This document shows, one piece after another, positions 39,622 through 55,429 of a DNA stretch of 64,000 nucleotides. The stretch comes from the human T2T-CHM13v2.0 reference genome, Homo sapiens. Numbering within the stretch: the stretch's first letter is position 1; the number at the start of each line of letters is the position of its first letter. Under the pieces are notes generated by a model. The model was not told the origin of the DNA. It saw only the letters and a program-made list of their open reading frames with translations, and searched no databases. The position numbers and the translations under genes are program-made. The stretch is taken from assembly GCF_009914755.1 (NCBI RefSeq), contig NC_060935.1. One strand, written 5' to 3'.

Positions 39622-41752
39622 CTTAGCTAGAGAATGCCACTTTAAGTTATCAAGTATTTATACAATATGATACTTCAGAGGAGAAATATGTACTCCTCAA
39701 ATATCCCCAGTTGTGTTTAAATAAGAATCAGAAACCTCCATTTAAAAAATGCTAACATTTAAAATGTCTATGAAAGTAATTTTTCATTATATGAAATATG
39801 TATTATCTTCCTATCAAGTTGCAGTCACTTTTACTTTCTTTAGCTTAAGAAGGAGAAAGAGAAGCTACTAAATATATGCAAAAAGAAACACTGTTCATGT
39901 GCATATGTGATTTATGATATCAATCATCCATACAAACACAGAAAAGGGAACACTATTCAAAATTTTTTGAGTAGTCTACATGTTACATTTTTTAATTATA
40001 GATTTCAAAAACTACAGATTCTAATATGTACCTGCCAAGCATAAATGAAATGAAAATCAAGTATATATTTTACACATTATATATCAACCACTTTTAAGCA
40101 CTAGTGTAATTGTCATATTAAGGGTTAATTTACTTGCCTCTTACTGGACTGGAACAAGAGAAGAAAGGTAAGCAAGAAAACTTTGTCTTCTCTCAAATTC
40201 TTCAGTGTAATTATCCCAACTCCCAAACAAAGGAAAGTGGATTACAGAACCATCTGTCATTGGTAGCAAATTAATGCTCATATAGAAGCAACAAAGATTT
40301 TACTCCTTTTGGGTCACCTCTTTGACAAATTTTAAAAAAAACTATGTAAAAGTACAGACTAAGCTGCCCAGTAGTGACCCTTGAGGAAAGCTATGTTTTG
40401 AATCCTAATGATAAAAAATATCATCAATACACTGATCTAGGGATTTTCTGTAATGAGACATTTAGGTCATTCTCTTGTATTACAGGGCAGTTGTTTCCCA
40501 GGAGAAGAAATGTTTGAGGTTTTCCTAAGAGTATATTTCTTTGTCAATAGAGTGTGAATCTGTATATATATATATATAAAAGATAAAAGATACTTCTGAT
40601 ACACACACACACACACACACATTCACACACACCCCTTCAGAAAAGGCTTAAGGTATCTTAATTCACTTTGTTTTTTCATGTAGTGAAACTTTGCTAGGAG
40701 GGCAGATAAGAACATGTGATGAAAATGGTCTACCTCATGGTTCTATGGTAAAAAAAAAAATGCTTCTGGAAATGTAACTTCGTTTCTTACCTCTATGATA
40801 AAACATAATAGAAAGAATATAAGTAGGAGAAGCAGGTGTCTTGGGTTAGGCTCCCTACTTTTGGTATGAATTACATGACTTTAGTTACTTATCTATCTTA
40901 TATGTCATTCATTCATTCTTGAAATAAGGGACAGATATTTGCTAGGGAATGTGTTAGAGAATATAAAAAAAAATGGGAAAAGACATGGTCTCTAGATTTG
41001 GGGAATTTTTAATCAGAAAATTACCCAAATACAAAATTATAATAGCATAATTATGTGGTCGCAAAAAATGTATTTTTAAGGATTTCTTCAGTAGGGAGAG
41101 ACAGAAGTCCAACACAAAGTAGCTTAAACAATGGAGATAATTACTTGTTCCTAAAAATTTATAAGTCTAATGACATATCAATGGCTGGATTTAGATGAAT
41201 ATATGCCATAAAGACAGTTTAACTCTCATCACTTCTCGGTTTTCTCTTCCTCTATGATAGATCCACGCTTAGGTAAGACTGCTGCCCTCAGTTTCAAGTC
41301 TGTAAACTATCTCAGAAAAATACATAGATAAATTTTCTCTTCTCTATAGCTTACAAAATAATCTCCATAATTAAGTTTAATTTGATTTGTTTGGTTAGTG
41401 CATCACAGCAAAAACCAATCACTGATGTAAGAGGGAGAGAATGTTCTGATTTGCCAGTCTTGTTTTCCTTTCTGTTATTGAAAGTGGAGAAGGGTAGTAA
41501 CTCATGAAAAATTGTGGTGCTGTTTCTAGAGAAGGAGAGAAAATGACGCTTAGGCAAGAAAAATACATAAAAGACATGTCTACCTACATAGGAGTTTGAA
41601 CAAATTGTAGTGGAAGCATAATGGAAGAAGCACCTAAGATTTATTTGGGCACAACAGATGAGTAACAGTTGAAATTAGGCAAACTGTGGATATAAAGATG
41701 CAATGCTCATCACGCTCATGGTGCTAAAATCAGTTTAAAGCTGGATATAGGC

Positions 41753-42053
41753 GTCAGGCACAGTGGCTCATGCCTGTAATCTCAGCACTTTGGGAAGCTG
41801 AACTGGGTGGATCGTTTGAGGTCAGGAGTTCGAGACCAGTCTGGTCAACATGGTAAAACCCCATCTCTACTAAAATACAAAAATTAGCTGGGTGTGGTGG
41901 CGCATGCCTGTAATCCCCACTACTCTGGAGGCTGTGGTGGGAGGATCACTAGAGCCCAGGAGGTTGGAGTGAGCTGAGACTCTGTAACTGCACTCTATCC
42001 TGGGTGACAGAGCAAGACCCAATCCCTGCACATAGCCCCGTCCCCCTCAAAAA
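41753..42053 (+). mobile_element. Alu (AluJb-like) with decayed tail
   Basis: Dimeric Alu body; ggaggatcactagagcccagg J-type right arm. Confidence 0.9.
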
Positions 42054-43809
42054 TAGCTTGGGATAGCATTTCCCTAATTGTTTTTCACAAACCCTCAAAA
42101 CATACAAACTTCATCACATTTCCTGCCAACTCTTACCGTGAAACGTGATCCTTCGATTATGTAATCTATTCTCCCATCACCTGGTGATTGCATAGGTTAG
42201 GTCTTTACCATTTATTTCTTAAACCAGTGGCATCACACTTAAAATATTTGCCATATTTTCTGACAGCCTGGTATCTTTGAGGCACTATTCATATGTTTGG
42301 GGAATGTCCTGTTTTTTATTGGTGTCTCCTTACAGTAAATGTCACAACTTACTGGACTTCCTTCATACTACAAGTAGGCATGTGATAAAGGCTGGCCAAT
42401 TATACACATCCCCAAAACAGGAAATGATTCATGCGAACACTCAAGTGCTATGAGGACCATATTTACTGTGAGATGAGAGTGTACATATCTGAATATTTGG
42501 AGGATCACTGGTGGAGATTCAGGAAAGCAGTGTACACTCGGAAGAGAGAACTGCCATATCTCTGCAGGCAAATATGGTACTGGGTCTTCTTTTGGGAAGC
42601 CCTGTAAGATGATTTGGCCAGTATTACTAGACGTAAAGACTTCGGGAATGATCCTTTCATAATATCAATAATTATATGACTTTAATAATATCCTGAGCGA
42701 ATCTGAACTTACTTGCTTAAACTAGCTAGAATGACTGAATGATTGATTTTGCCACAAGGCACGTCCTTGGCTGATATATTGTTAACTGCAAATTATCAAA
42801 AACAATAGACTGCCAAGGTAATGGAAATCTTAGATGGAGACTGGCAAAGTTGGAGCTAAAATATCAGTAATAGTGGAAATGTAGTGTGGGTTATATAGGT
42901 ACTTTCTGTATTATTTTCACAATGTTTTTGAAAAAAGGAAACCATTTAAAAGAAATAGTTCATTCTAAAACAAACTATACCTAAATAAGCCTAAAAGGGC
43001 TCTTTAAGTATGAAATAAAAATTGTTAGTGATTAAGAAAAAAATATATTACCTGTTGTCATTCAGAATGAATATTGGAGTTGAATATTGGCTGTGAGGGC
43101 AATAAATTTCCATAGAACAGAGTAAATGAAATGGGGAATTCTAGCATTATGTAATAAGCTGTATGGCTCTAATTACTTTGAAAAGCTTAGGGAGACAAGA
43201 AATTTAGGAAAATACTAAGTAATTTTTTGGCTTATGTAACAACTAGAGAATAACAAACATTTAAAATTGTGACTGAAAGAACTTTTATACTTTGTAGCCA
43301 CAAGACTATGGGAGCAAGAATAATGATTGAAACTTGTAGACTGCCAAATCACAATGTCAGTTGAATATTAAAATTAAGATATGTGTCCGAAAAAAGTGCG
43401 AGAACATGCATTGAAATTTTCATATTTGGAAAGATTCAGAAGATATAACATATATATTCTAATTATGTAAATGGATATGCTGGAATTATATCAAGGAAGA
43501 AAACATATAATATACTTTAATCTTAATTTATATATATGGGGCTTAGATGTATTGCAGTTCTTAAGAGAATAGGTAAATTTGGTTATTTTGTTGTTTTGTT
43601 ATTTATCATACTCTATGAGTTAAAACATATATAATTATAGTGTACAAAACTTGTTTACAGTTTGATACATTTTTACATATATATTCACTCAAATGACTCA
43701 GATAAAGACAGAACAGTCACCTAAGAAACTTTCTTAGGCCCTTTGCTAGTCATCTAATGTTTTGAATTTTATCACCATAAAGGAAGTTTTGCCTATTTTA
43801 AAATTTGAT

Positions 43810-46416
<2,607 letters not shown>

Positions 46417-46680
46417 ACGGTAGGCAGAATTTTGACCCTTTCTCTTTACCCCCTGGTGTTATGCCTATAAATATTTTCCATTACATGGCAAAAGGAAATT
46501 AATTTTGCAAATGGAATTAAGTTTGCTTTTCAATTGACCTTAAAATATGAAAATTACTGTAGATTATCCAGATGGGAACAATGTAATCACATGAACCCTT
46601 AAAAGTGGAAGAAGCAGCCAGGATATTTCAACAGAAAGATGCTATGATAGAAGAGAAGGTAGAAACAATGGAAGTGTCAA
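46417..46680 (+). mobile_element. MLT1 (MLT1E-like) LTR 5' fragment followed by a GA-rich repeat to ~46795
   Basis: ggtaggcagaat; tacatggcaaaagg; ttgaccttaaaata; aatgtaatcacatgaacccttaaaagtggaaga. Confidence 0.7.
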
Positions 46681-47289
46681 ACAAAGAAAAAAAGGAAAGA
46701 AACAAAGAAGGGAAGAGGGAAGGAAGGAAGGAAGGAAAGAAGGAAAGACGGACAGAAGGATGGAAGGACAGAAAAGAAAGAAAGAAAGAAAGAAATCTAA
46801 CAAAGCATAAGATGAGAGAGGAAAGAAAGCATATATTTATGCCTAGCACCACCAGATCCCAACGTCAGGTTACTGTTATCTCTTAAACATATTTGAATCT
46901 TGACTACTAAAATTAAGTAATATATCATTCAGTTCTAATATGTGTATAATGCATTATGTAATTGTAATAATTTTGTATTTTAGATGAAAATTAACATCTG
47001 CATCATACAATGAAAAATATATGCATTTAAAATAGTTATCTATTCTAATTATAGATAATATAAATTAAATTTTTTAAAAATTTATTTGACATTTTGAGTA
47101 ATTTTCTTTGAGTCATTTTCTTTCAGCAGTTATTACCAGTGTTATCAGACCATCTATTTGTTCTCATATCTTGTTCTCTATGTATTCACATACATAATAC
47201 TTAACATAGATGGATCTCTATTGAATATATTAAAATCTCTTATGTTCATATGATTAGATTTTTTTAATCTTTCTGTAAATTACTAATGT

Positions 47290-48941
47290 ACACGCATACC
47301 TCAGAGATATTGTGAGCTCAGTTTCAGACCACTGCAACAAAACACATATCACAATAGTGGGTCACACGATTTTTTTGATTTATCAGTGCCTATAAAATTA
47401 TGTTTATATCTTACTGCAGTGTATTTATTGTGCAATACCATTGTGTCTAAAAATGCATGTACCTTAATTTAAAACTACTTTATTATTAAAAAGTGCTAAC
47501 TATCATCTGAGCCTTCAGCTAGATGTAGCCTTTTCACTGGTGGAAGGTCTTGCCTTGATGTTGATGGCTGCTGACTGATCAGAGTAGCGGTTGTTAAAGA
47601 TTGGGGTGGCTGTTGCAATTTCTAAAGACAATGAAGTTTATTGCATTGGTTGACTTTTTCTTTCGTGAAAGATTTATCTGTAGCATGCAATGCTGATTGG
47701 TGCCATTTTACCCACAATGTAACTTCTTTCAAAATTGGAGTTAGTTCTCTTAAATCATGCTGCTGCTTTATCACTAAGTTTATCTAATATTCTAAATTTT
47801 TAGATTTCATTCCAACAATATTTATAGCACCTTACACAGAAGTAGGTTCCATCTCATAAAACCACTGCCTTTGCCTATTTATAAGAATCAACTCCTCATT
47901 TGCATTATTATGAGATTAAAGCAATTCCATAACATTTTCAGACTCCATTTGTAGTTCTCTTGCTATTTCTACCATATCTTCAGTTACTTCCACCACTGAA
48001 ATCTTGAACTGTTCGAAGTCACCCAGGAAGGTTGGATCAGTTTCTTCCAAACTACTGCTAGTTCAATATTTTAACATTCTCACATGAATCATGAATATTC
48101 TTAATGGCATCTAAAAGAGTAAATCCTTTCAAAATGGTTTTCAGTTTACTTTGATTAGATCCATTAGGGGAATCACTGTCTGTGGCAGCTATAGCCTTAT
48201 GAGATGTATTTCTGAAATAAGATTTGAAAACCATAATTACTGCTTGATCCATGGATTACAGAATGGATATTGTGTTAAAAGGCATGAAAACAACATTAAT
48301 TTTCTTACATATCTCCATCAGAGCTCTTGAGTAACCAGGCACATTGTCAACAAGCAATAATATTTTGAAAGAAAACTTTTTATAGAATAGATCTCAACAG
48401 TGGATTTAAAATATTCAGTAAACCATGCTATAAACAGATTTGATGTTTCCATCAACAGATTTGTTGTTTCCAGTCTTCGTTGTTCTATTTGCAGAGCACT
48501 GACAGAGTAAATTTTGAATAACTCTTCAGGGCCTTAAGATTGTTGGGATAATAAATGAGCATTGGTTTTAACTTAACACCACCAGCTTCATTACCCCTAC
48601 AAGAGAGTCAGCCTGTCCTTTCAAGCTCTGAAGCTAGGCATAGAATTTATGAAAGTCCTAGATGGTATCTTTTCCTAATATAATACTGTTTCATCTACAT
48701 TTAAAATCTGTTGTTTAGTGTAGCCATCTTTGTCAATTATCTTAGCTAAATCTTCTGGATAACTTGCTACATCTTCTAGATTAGCACTTGCTGCTTCACC
48801 TTACATTTTTATATTATGAAGATGGCTTCTTTCCTTAAACTTCATGAATCAATCTCTGCTAGCTTCAAACTTTCCTTCTGGGCTTCCTCACCTTTCTCAG
48901 TCTTCACAGAATTGAAGAGAATTAGGGCCTTTTTCTGAATG
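47290..48941 (-). mobile_element. Tigger1 partial, degraded transposase
   Basis: Terminus ta|cacgcatacctcagagatattg; ORF 48058-48252 [38 protein letters not shown] matches the Tigger1/TIGD1-type DDE region. Confidence 0.92.
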
Positions 48942-49514
48942 ACATTGCTTTTAGACAGCTTCCCCATCATTCTGTAGGGCATATTTCCAGAAAATTCCAA
49001 CAGCACAACATGTCAGGGGCTTTATTGTCATCCAGGAAGCCAAAGTCCTGCTGTTTTCTGCAAGGAATGGATCTCATTGCAAATGGGAGGATGACCTTTT
49101 CCTTGCAGGTTTTACCATAGCACTAGAGGTTGCTTGTTATGTTTGACTATCTCTGGATTCTTTAACATTCACTTTACTTCTTACTAGTTAATCCTCATTA
49201 CTCCAATGTCTTTTATACTTCACAATCTTTATATTAAATATTCCCTTTTCAAGTTACTATGCAGTTTTTGTCTTGTCTCTGGGTTGGACCCTGACTGTTA
49301 TTCTCCTATAAACTATTACAGAGTATCATAGTATGAATGTAACATAGCTTAATTATTCCTTCACTAATGGACATTCAGGTTGTCTCCAATTTTTAATGAT
49401 AAACAATGTCTATTTATGATTTCGGGGACCATGTGCAATTATTTCTAGAGGATAGATATCTAAAAGTAGACACACCATAGTAAATCATGTGCTATATAAA
49501 TCAGCTATGGCTGC

Positions 49515-50750
49515 TGGAGACTAAAGTCTGACCTTTATTTTTCTCTTGCCCAAATTCCTAACTAAAGGGCCTGTGGAGTCACACCCTGCAAACTATAACA
49601 TCTCATTAGATGGATTTTTATTAACCTTGTATAATGTGGTTTATTTTCTAAATGGACTCTGGTATAGCATCACATGACAGAGAACAGGTCCTGAAGGAAA
49701 TGAAAATATTTTAACCCAAAATATATACCTTCTACATATTTTGAAATTGCTGCCACAGGGCCAACAGATTGAAATGTCATGGCAAAGCCCTGTTTTGTAG
49801 GGGATATTTGCATCTGCAGAGAATCACCATTAATGCAGCCAAGCCTTCTCTTTCTATGCCTTTCCTGGATATAGGAGAGATTAACTAAGACACCTGATAA
49901 AGGAGAGATTAACAGACACCTTAAAGTCTGAAAAGACACTTTTACCATCTATACTCTCTGAGGGCTGCTATTTATGAGACTTCATAGCCATAACAAGAAC
50001 CTTGGCCTTCACGACCCCTTTATCTTAACTCAGGCATTCCTTTCTACTGACATTAAGTCTCTAAACAATAGCTTTACTCTCTCAATCAACTGTCAACTAA
50101 AGAATCCCTAAAACCCACCTATGATTTGTAAGAACCCCTACCAGTTCCCCCACATTTGGAGAAATCCTGCCTTTTCCACCATAACCAATGTATATCTTCC
50201 ACATATTGATTTATTGATTGCATTAGTCTGTTCTCACGCTGCTAATACAGATGTACGCAAAATTGAGTAATTTATAAAGGGAAGATGTTTAATTGACTTC
50301 ACATGGCTGGGGAGGCCTCATAATTGTGGCAGAAGGAAAGGAGGAACAGAGTCACATCTTACATGGTGGCAGGAAAGAGAGCTTGTGAAGGGGAACTCCC
50401 ATTTTTAAAACCATCAGATCTCATGAGACTTATTCACTACCACGAGGACAGTATGGGGAAACAGCCCCCATTATTCAATTATCTCCACCTGGCCTCACCC
50501 TGGACACATGGGGATTAAAGCAATTCAAAGAGAGATTTAGGTGGGGACACAACCAAACTATATCATTGATATATGATTTTACTTGAAATTCCTATATCCC
50601 TGAAATATATAATACCAAACTGTAACACAACCACATCAGGCACACTTACTCAGGACCTTTTGAGATTGTCACCCTGGGCCAGTCACTCATATTGGCTCAG
50701 AATAAACCTCTTTAAATATATTTTGGCAGAATTTGTTTTTTCTATCATCA
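49515..50750 (+). mobile_element. ERV1 MER4-group solo LTR (subfamily uncertain)
   Basis: TG...CA ends; 4-bp TSD CTGC; cactcatattggctcagaataaacctctttaaata 3' motif. Confidence 0.78.
50219..50565 (-). mobile_element. THE1 (THE1C-like) solo LTR
   Basis: tgcattagtctgttctcacgctgctaat...ccaaactatatca; 5-bp TSD TTGAT at 50214-50218 and 50566-50570. Confidence 0.92.
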
Positions 50751-52518
50751 CTGCCATAACAACATACCACAAACCGGGTGGCTTGAACAACAAAAACATA
50801 TGGTCTCACAATTCTGGAGATTAGAAGCCTGCAATCAAAGTATTGGCAGGTCTAGTGTCATCTAAGCTCTCCTTGGTTCGTAGACAGCTACCATCATACA
50901 AAGTCCTCACATAGTCTCTATCTGTATGGTCTCTCTTTCTCTCTGTATATTCTAATCTCCTTTCTTTTAACAACACCAATCATATTGCAGTAGGGCCCAC
51001 CCCAAGTGCCTCATTCCAGTATAATTACTTCTTTAAAGATCTTGTCTCCAAATATAGTTACATTTTGAGGAACCAGGGGTTAGGGCTTTAACATGTGAAA
51101 TTTGACCAATGCAATTCAGTTGATAACATGCTTTTTTTAAAAAAAAAAAATTGTGATATAATTCCAAACTGCATGGTCAACAAGAGCCAATTTATGTACT
51201 CATTAAAAGATTCCAGTTGGTAATTTTCTCACATTTTGACCAATACTGCATATTTCCAGCCCTTCAATTTTCTGACTCTTTTTTCATGTGGATTGTTGTA
51301 ATTCTCAGCCAGGAACAGCTAAGAGAATTCAATATGTCTCATTCATTTTTTTCACCACATTTTTACTATTATCTTTCCTGAGTCCAACTGTAATCTAGGG
51401 TAAGATATTATGTATTTCAGGGCTTTATGACTTTCTTGAAAAGTGTATCTATTAGCAATTGCTCAAAATTCATTTTAGGTTCAATATATATCATCTATAT
51501 TACTGAGCAATGTTTACTTCCCTTTAAAATACACTGAAAGATATTTCCTTCTATTCATTTACTTCTAAGAAAGAGTTTCTCATATCAGTTATAATACATC
51601 CCAGCTCTACTCTTCATAGTTGTGTTTAAGCAGCCTCCTGTGTGTTCTGCCTGTGATTCAGGTTTTATATTCTTTCTTTTTTGTGAGCCACGTATTGATT
51701 CAAGCTAAATAAATATTGCATTGTGAAGGCATATACACATTCAGATTTCTTGTATAAGACTATTACAAATCTTTCCTGGTTGCAACTTTGTAACTTTATT
51801 TTTTTATATTATGAGGACCACAAAATGTACATAACTTCATGTGATCTAAAAAATAAATCTTTGGTCTTCTCAAAGAAAAACACTTTCACAGACTCTGTAT
51901 GACATTATTTTCAGACCTCTCAATAATTTATTTTACTTTGGGATACATCATATTTATACAATCCTCAATGAATTTTTGAAGACCAGTTTCTTGCTGTCAT
52001 GGTCAATGACCTGGTTATTTCTTAATTTCTTCATTTCTCAATTAGATTTTTTAACGACTTTATTTCAGAATTTCCAATAGTATACCCATACTCATTTTCC
52101 TCTATTTGATCTTTTGCCAAATTTGTCTTTAAAAGAGGTGTGACCATTTTATGTGCCTGCATTTAAAATTATTAAGCTCCACCCAGACCCTAAGTCCTGA
52201 TGGAATATAAGTTCATCCCAACTGGTACCAAATATTTTCTCCAAGTTCACCTTGAAATATCACTCCTTCCCTTATCTCTAGTACCATAAGATGAGTTTAT
52301 GGCTTCCATAATACAATATGACTTTTGAAATGATACATTTATTTATTTAAAAAACACCACTTACAGAAAGTAATTTTCTAAGAAATTTATATTCATTCTT
52401 CCAGACCCTAATCAAATATTACCTTACTTCATAAACTCAAGGAAACTTAAGTCCTGCCTCTTCTGTGTTTCCACAGTGTCCTCTTTCTCTATTTATAATA
52501 TTTGTTGCATATCTCAGT

Positions 52519-53058
52519 TGTATGTGTGTATATATAAACATATATGTATATATACGCATATATACATCTATATACATAGATGTATATATGCGTATATATA
52601 CATATATATACGCATCTATATATAGACCTATATATACATATAGGTGTATATACGCATATATACATCTATATACATATATGTATACACACATATATACACA
52701 TATACACACGTATACATCTATATACATATATACACACATATATACATACATATATGTATATACACACATATATACATACATATATGTATATACACACATA
52801 TACATACATATATGTATATACACACATATACATACATATATGTATATATACACATATACATACATATATGTATATATACATGTATATATGTATATATACA
52901 TACATATATGTATATATACATGTATATATGTATATATACATACATATATGTATATATACATGTACATATACATATATATGTATATATACATGTATATATG
53001 TATATATACATACATATATTTATATATACATGTATATATGTATATATACCCACATATA
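52519..53058. repeat. Long alternating purine-pyrimidine (TA/CA/TG) tract
   Basis: ~540 bp; source of the YI/HT-rich ORFs in all six frames. Confidence 0.95.
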
Positions 53059-55429
53059 CCTTTTTTTAATTTATCATATATTTTTCCAAGTCAAAGACCA
53101 TGATGTATTTCCAGTGCTGGTCACAGAGTAAGTACTCAGTGAGTCCTGAATGGATGAATAATACGGTCCAACTAATATTAAATATACCAAACTTCTCTCA
53201 AATATGTAATGAAGTCTTAGAGAGTACTTGCCCTTTAACTTATATTATAGGTTTCCTACTATTCTGATATAATAAGGCTGTCTCCTGATTTTCTGTAGGT
53301 CTTTGTGAGCATATTCTCTTTACCAGTAATTAAATAAAAGCATAAAACCCCTCTATCCTCGTAGAACAACACTTACCATTCCTCAATTTGTAATGTAGTG
53401 GAAAAAAATTATAAAAGATTTTTAGGAAATAACTTCTTGAGTTCAACTCGATGTTTTTCCTAATAATGCAACTATTTCTATAGATAGCTACATCGTGGTA
53501 TTTAAGAGAAACACATTACATATAAGATTTTAAAAACATCTAAGTCAATGGCAGAGCATAAAAAATTAAAATTTGTTTTTAAAACCTACATATATCTTGG
53601 GAAAAATACATTTGCAATTTTTGTGAAATATTGGAAAAAATATAAAATTTTGCAAAATAAATTTGTGAAAGTGTACAACACATAAAGATATAACATCTCA
53701 TTGAGTTTACAAACAACAAAAAATGTCGATTTATCATTGGCAATTGAGCAAATCGTTTAGTTATGCTATGAATGCATGGTTTCAATCCTCATCCTGCTAA
53801 AAAATGAATGTATAAATTCAGGAATTTATTACATGTGACTAACTTTCTTACTTCAGAGTACTTTTTTCTTTTTGCTGACACAGTCCTATTTTTAGCCACA
53901 AAATTGAAATTTTGTAAAACTGGAATTTGATTAGTTCTGTTTGACAGTTAATTAGGTGGGCAAATACAGTATATAAGATTAACCATTTGCAAAAGAACAA
54001 AGTTATGAAAATTAGATACATCTTTCTGAACAGTAGAAACCTAAGTGAATTGAAAGGAGCCATAGACATTTATGATTCATTTTAAGGTAGTGGTTTCCAA
54101 ACTTTGTGTTCCATGAACTACTTATAGACTTTTCTTTAGGATCAGTTGAAAGATAAATTTAAGAGTCTTACAAATTGAGATACAAATAATCACCTTTATT
54201 ATTGATAACACTGATAGTACTGGAAAATGTGACTTTGATGTTTTGCCTAAGTTGACTTGACAACACTTTATCCATAAGATAGACTTACTCATTCAACTAG
54301 ATGGAGTACAAATCACAAGTTTCCCCTTTAAGAAATGGTACCTTTGAAGTCACAGCAAAAGGAAATTGTGTGCAATTCCAAACAGAAATGAAGTGGCATG
54401 CCCAGTTCCTTCTTTCAAACCCAAAAAGATGTCTCTCCTTCCTAACTGGAGTAGAGAAAGTGAAGAGGTTGAGAGATCGCAGAGATGTTGCTCTAGGGAA
54501 GTTCTATCCACACAGAAGCCAGATAACTAAAGGCCACACTAACCTTTATTTTTTTGTGTTTCTAAACATACTGAGAAGACCACAACAATCTACTATTCAT
54601 ATCACTTCATGATTATTGGAGGAGGAGTCCTAGCATCTGTTTCCTGAGTTGCCTTCTAAGACCTTCCCAGGTTCTGCAGATCCACCTTTTGCTACACTTG
54701 GCCATGTACCCTATGCTAGCATCTGCCATTCACATCTGAGTCTCCCTCCTTCCCCCACCTACCTCAAGTCACCTGGCTATCTCCAGGGGTGCAGATTCTA
54801 GTCTAATCCAGAAGGTTTCAAACAATCTGTGATGAAGCATGTGGGCTTTTTTAAATTCTATTTTGTACCTGATTAATTTTGTGAAATGCAATGGAAATGA
54901 ATGACCAGAAAAATGACAATACTCAAATGTCACATCAATTTCAAAATACTAGTTTCTAAACATTTATTTTCAATTTCTGTCATTCACTGCTTGTGTTTCA
55001 GTACTGATTATGTGACCTTATTTTAACAAGCACTGGCCTAAGCCATGCATCTTTACCCAGCATTTGGCTAAGTTGCTCACCTTCCAGCATCTGCAATAAT
55101 GGCACAATATTCATTTCTATAGCAGCCCTACAGCAGTTATGATACTCGACACTCAGAATGTCTTCCACGATTAGAACATAAAGAAGCAAATGAGTTGACC
55201 AAATGTAGGGGGTTTTATTTCTCATTCTTTCTCTCTGCTTTGACTCTTGCTCAAATATTTCTAATCTTTCTAGCAGATTATGACTTTTTTAAAGGACTTT
55301 GAATATTTTCTATTCCACATCTAGATAGATGATGTGCTAACCCTATTGCTCTGAAGTTTCTTCATATCAAATTATATTTTAAAAAGGATTCTACAAAAAG
55401 CATTCTATATTTGAGCGCCTAATGGTATA

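Larger units (their letters stand above)
49495..51128 (-). mobile_element. MLT1 (MLT1B/C-like) LTR interrupted at 49514/50751
   Basis: ggctgc|cataacaacataccacaaaccgggtggcttgaacaac; ends caattcagttgataaca. Confidence 0.8.

Noticed and set aside
42641-42701. C/D snoRNA-like layout (ttcg..ATGATCC...CTGA.cgaa)
   Set aside because: Box C deviates (ATGATCC versus RTGATGA), there is no recognisable guide, and it is compatible with chance.
48058-48252. TIGD1-like peptide
   Set aside because: Fragment of a decayed, truncated Tigger1 transposase, not a domesticated gene.
52437-53131. Long ORFs (up to 212 aa) in all frames; likewise at 13519-14431 and 19511-20157
   Set aside because: Y/I/H/T/C/V-rich translations of dinucleotide repeats, which lack stop codons by composition.
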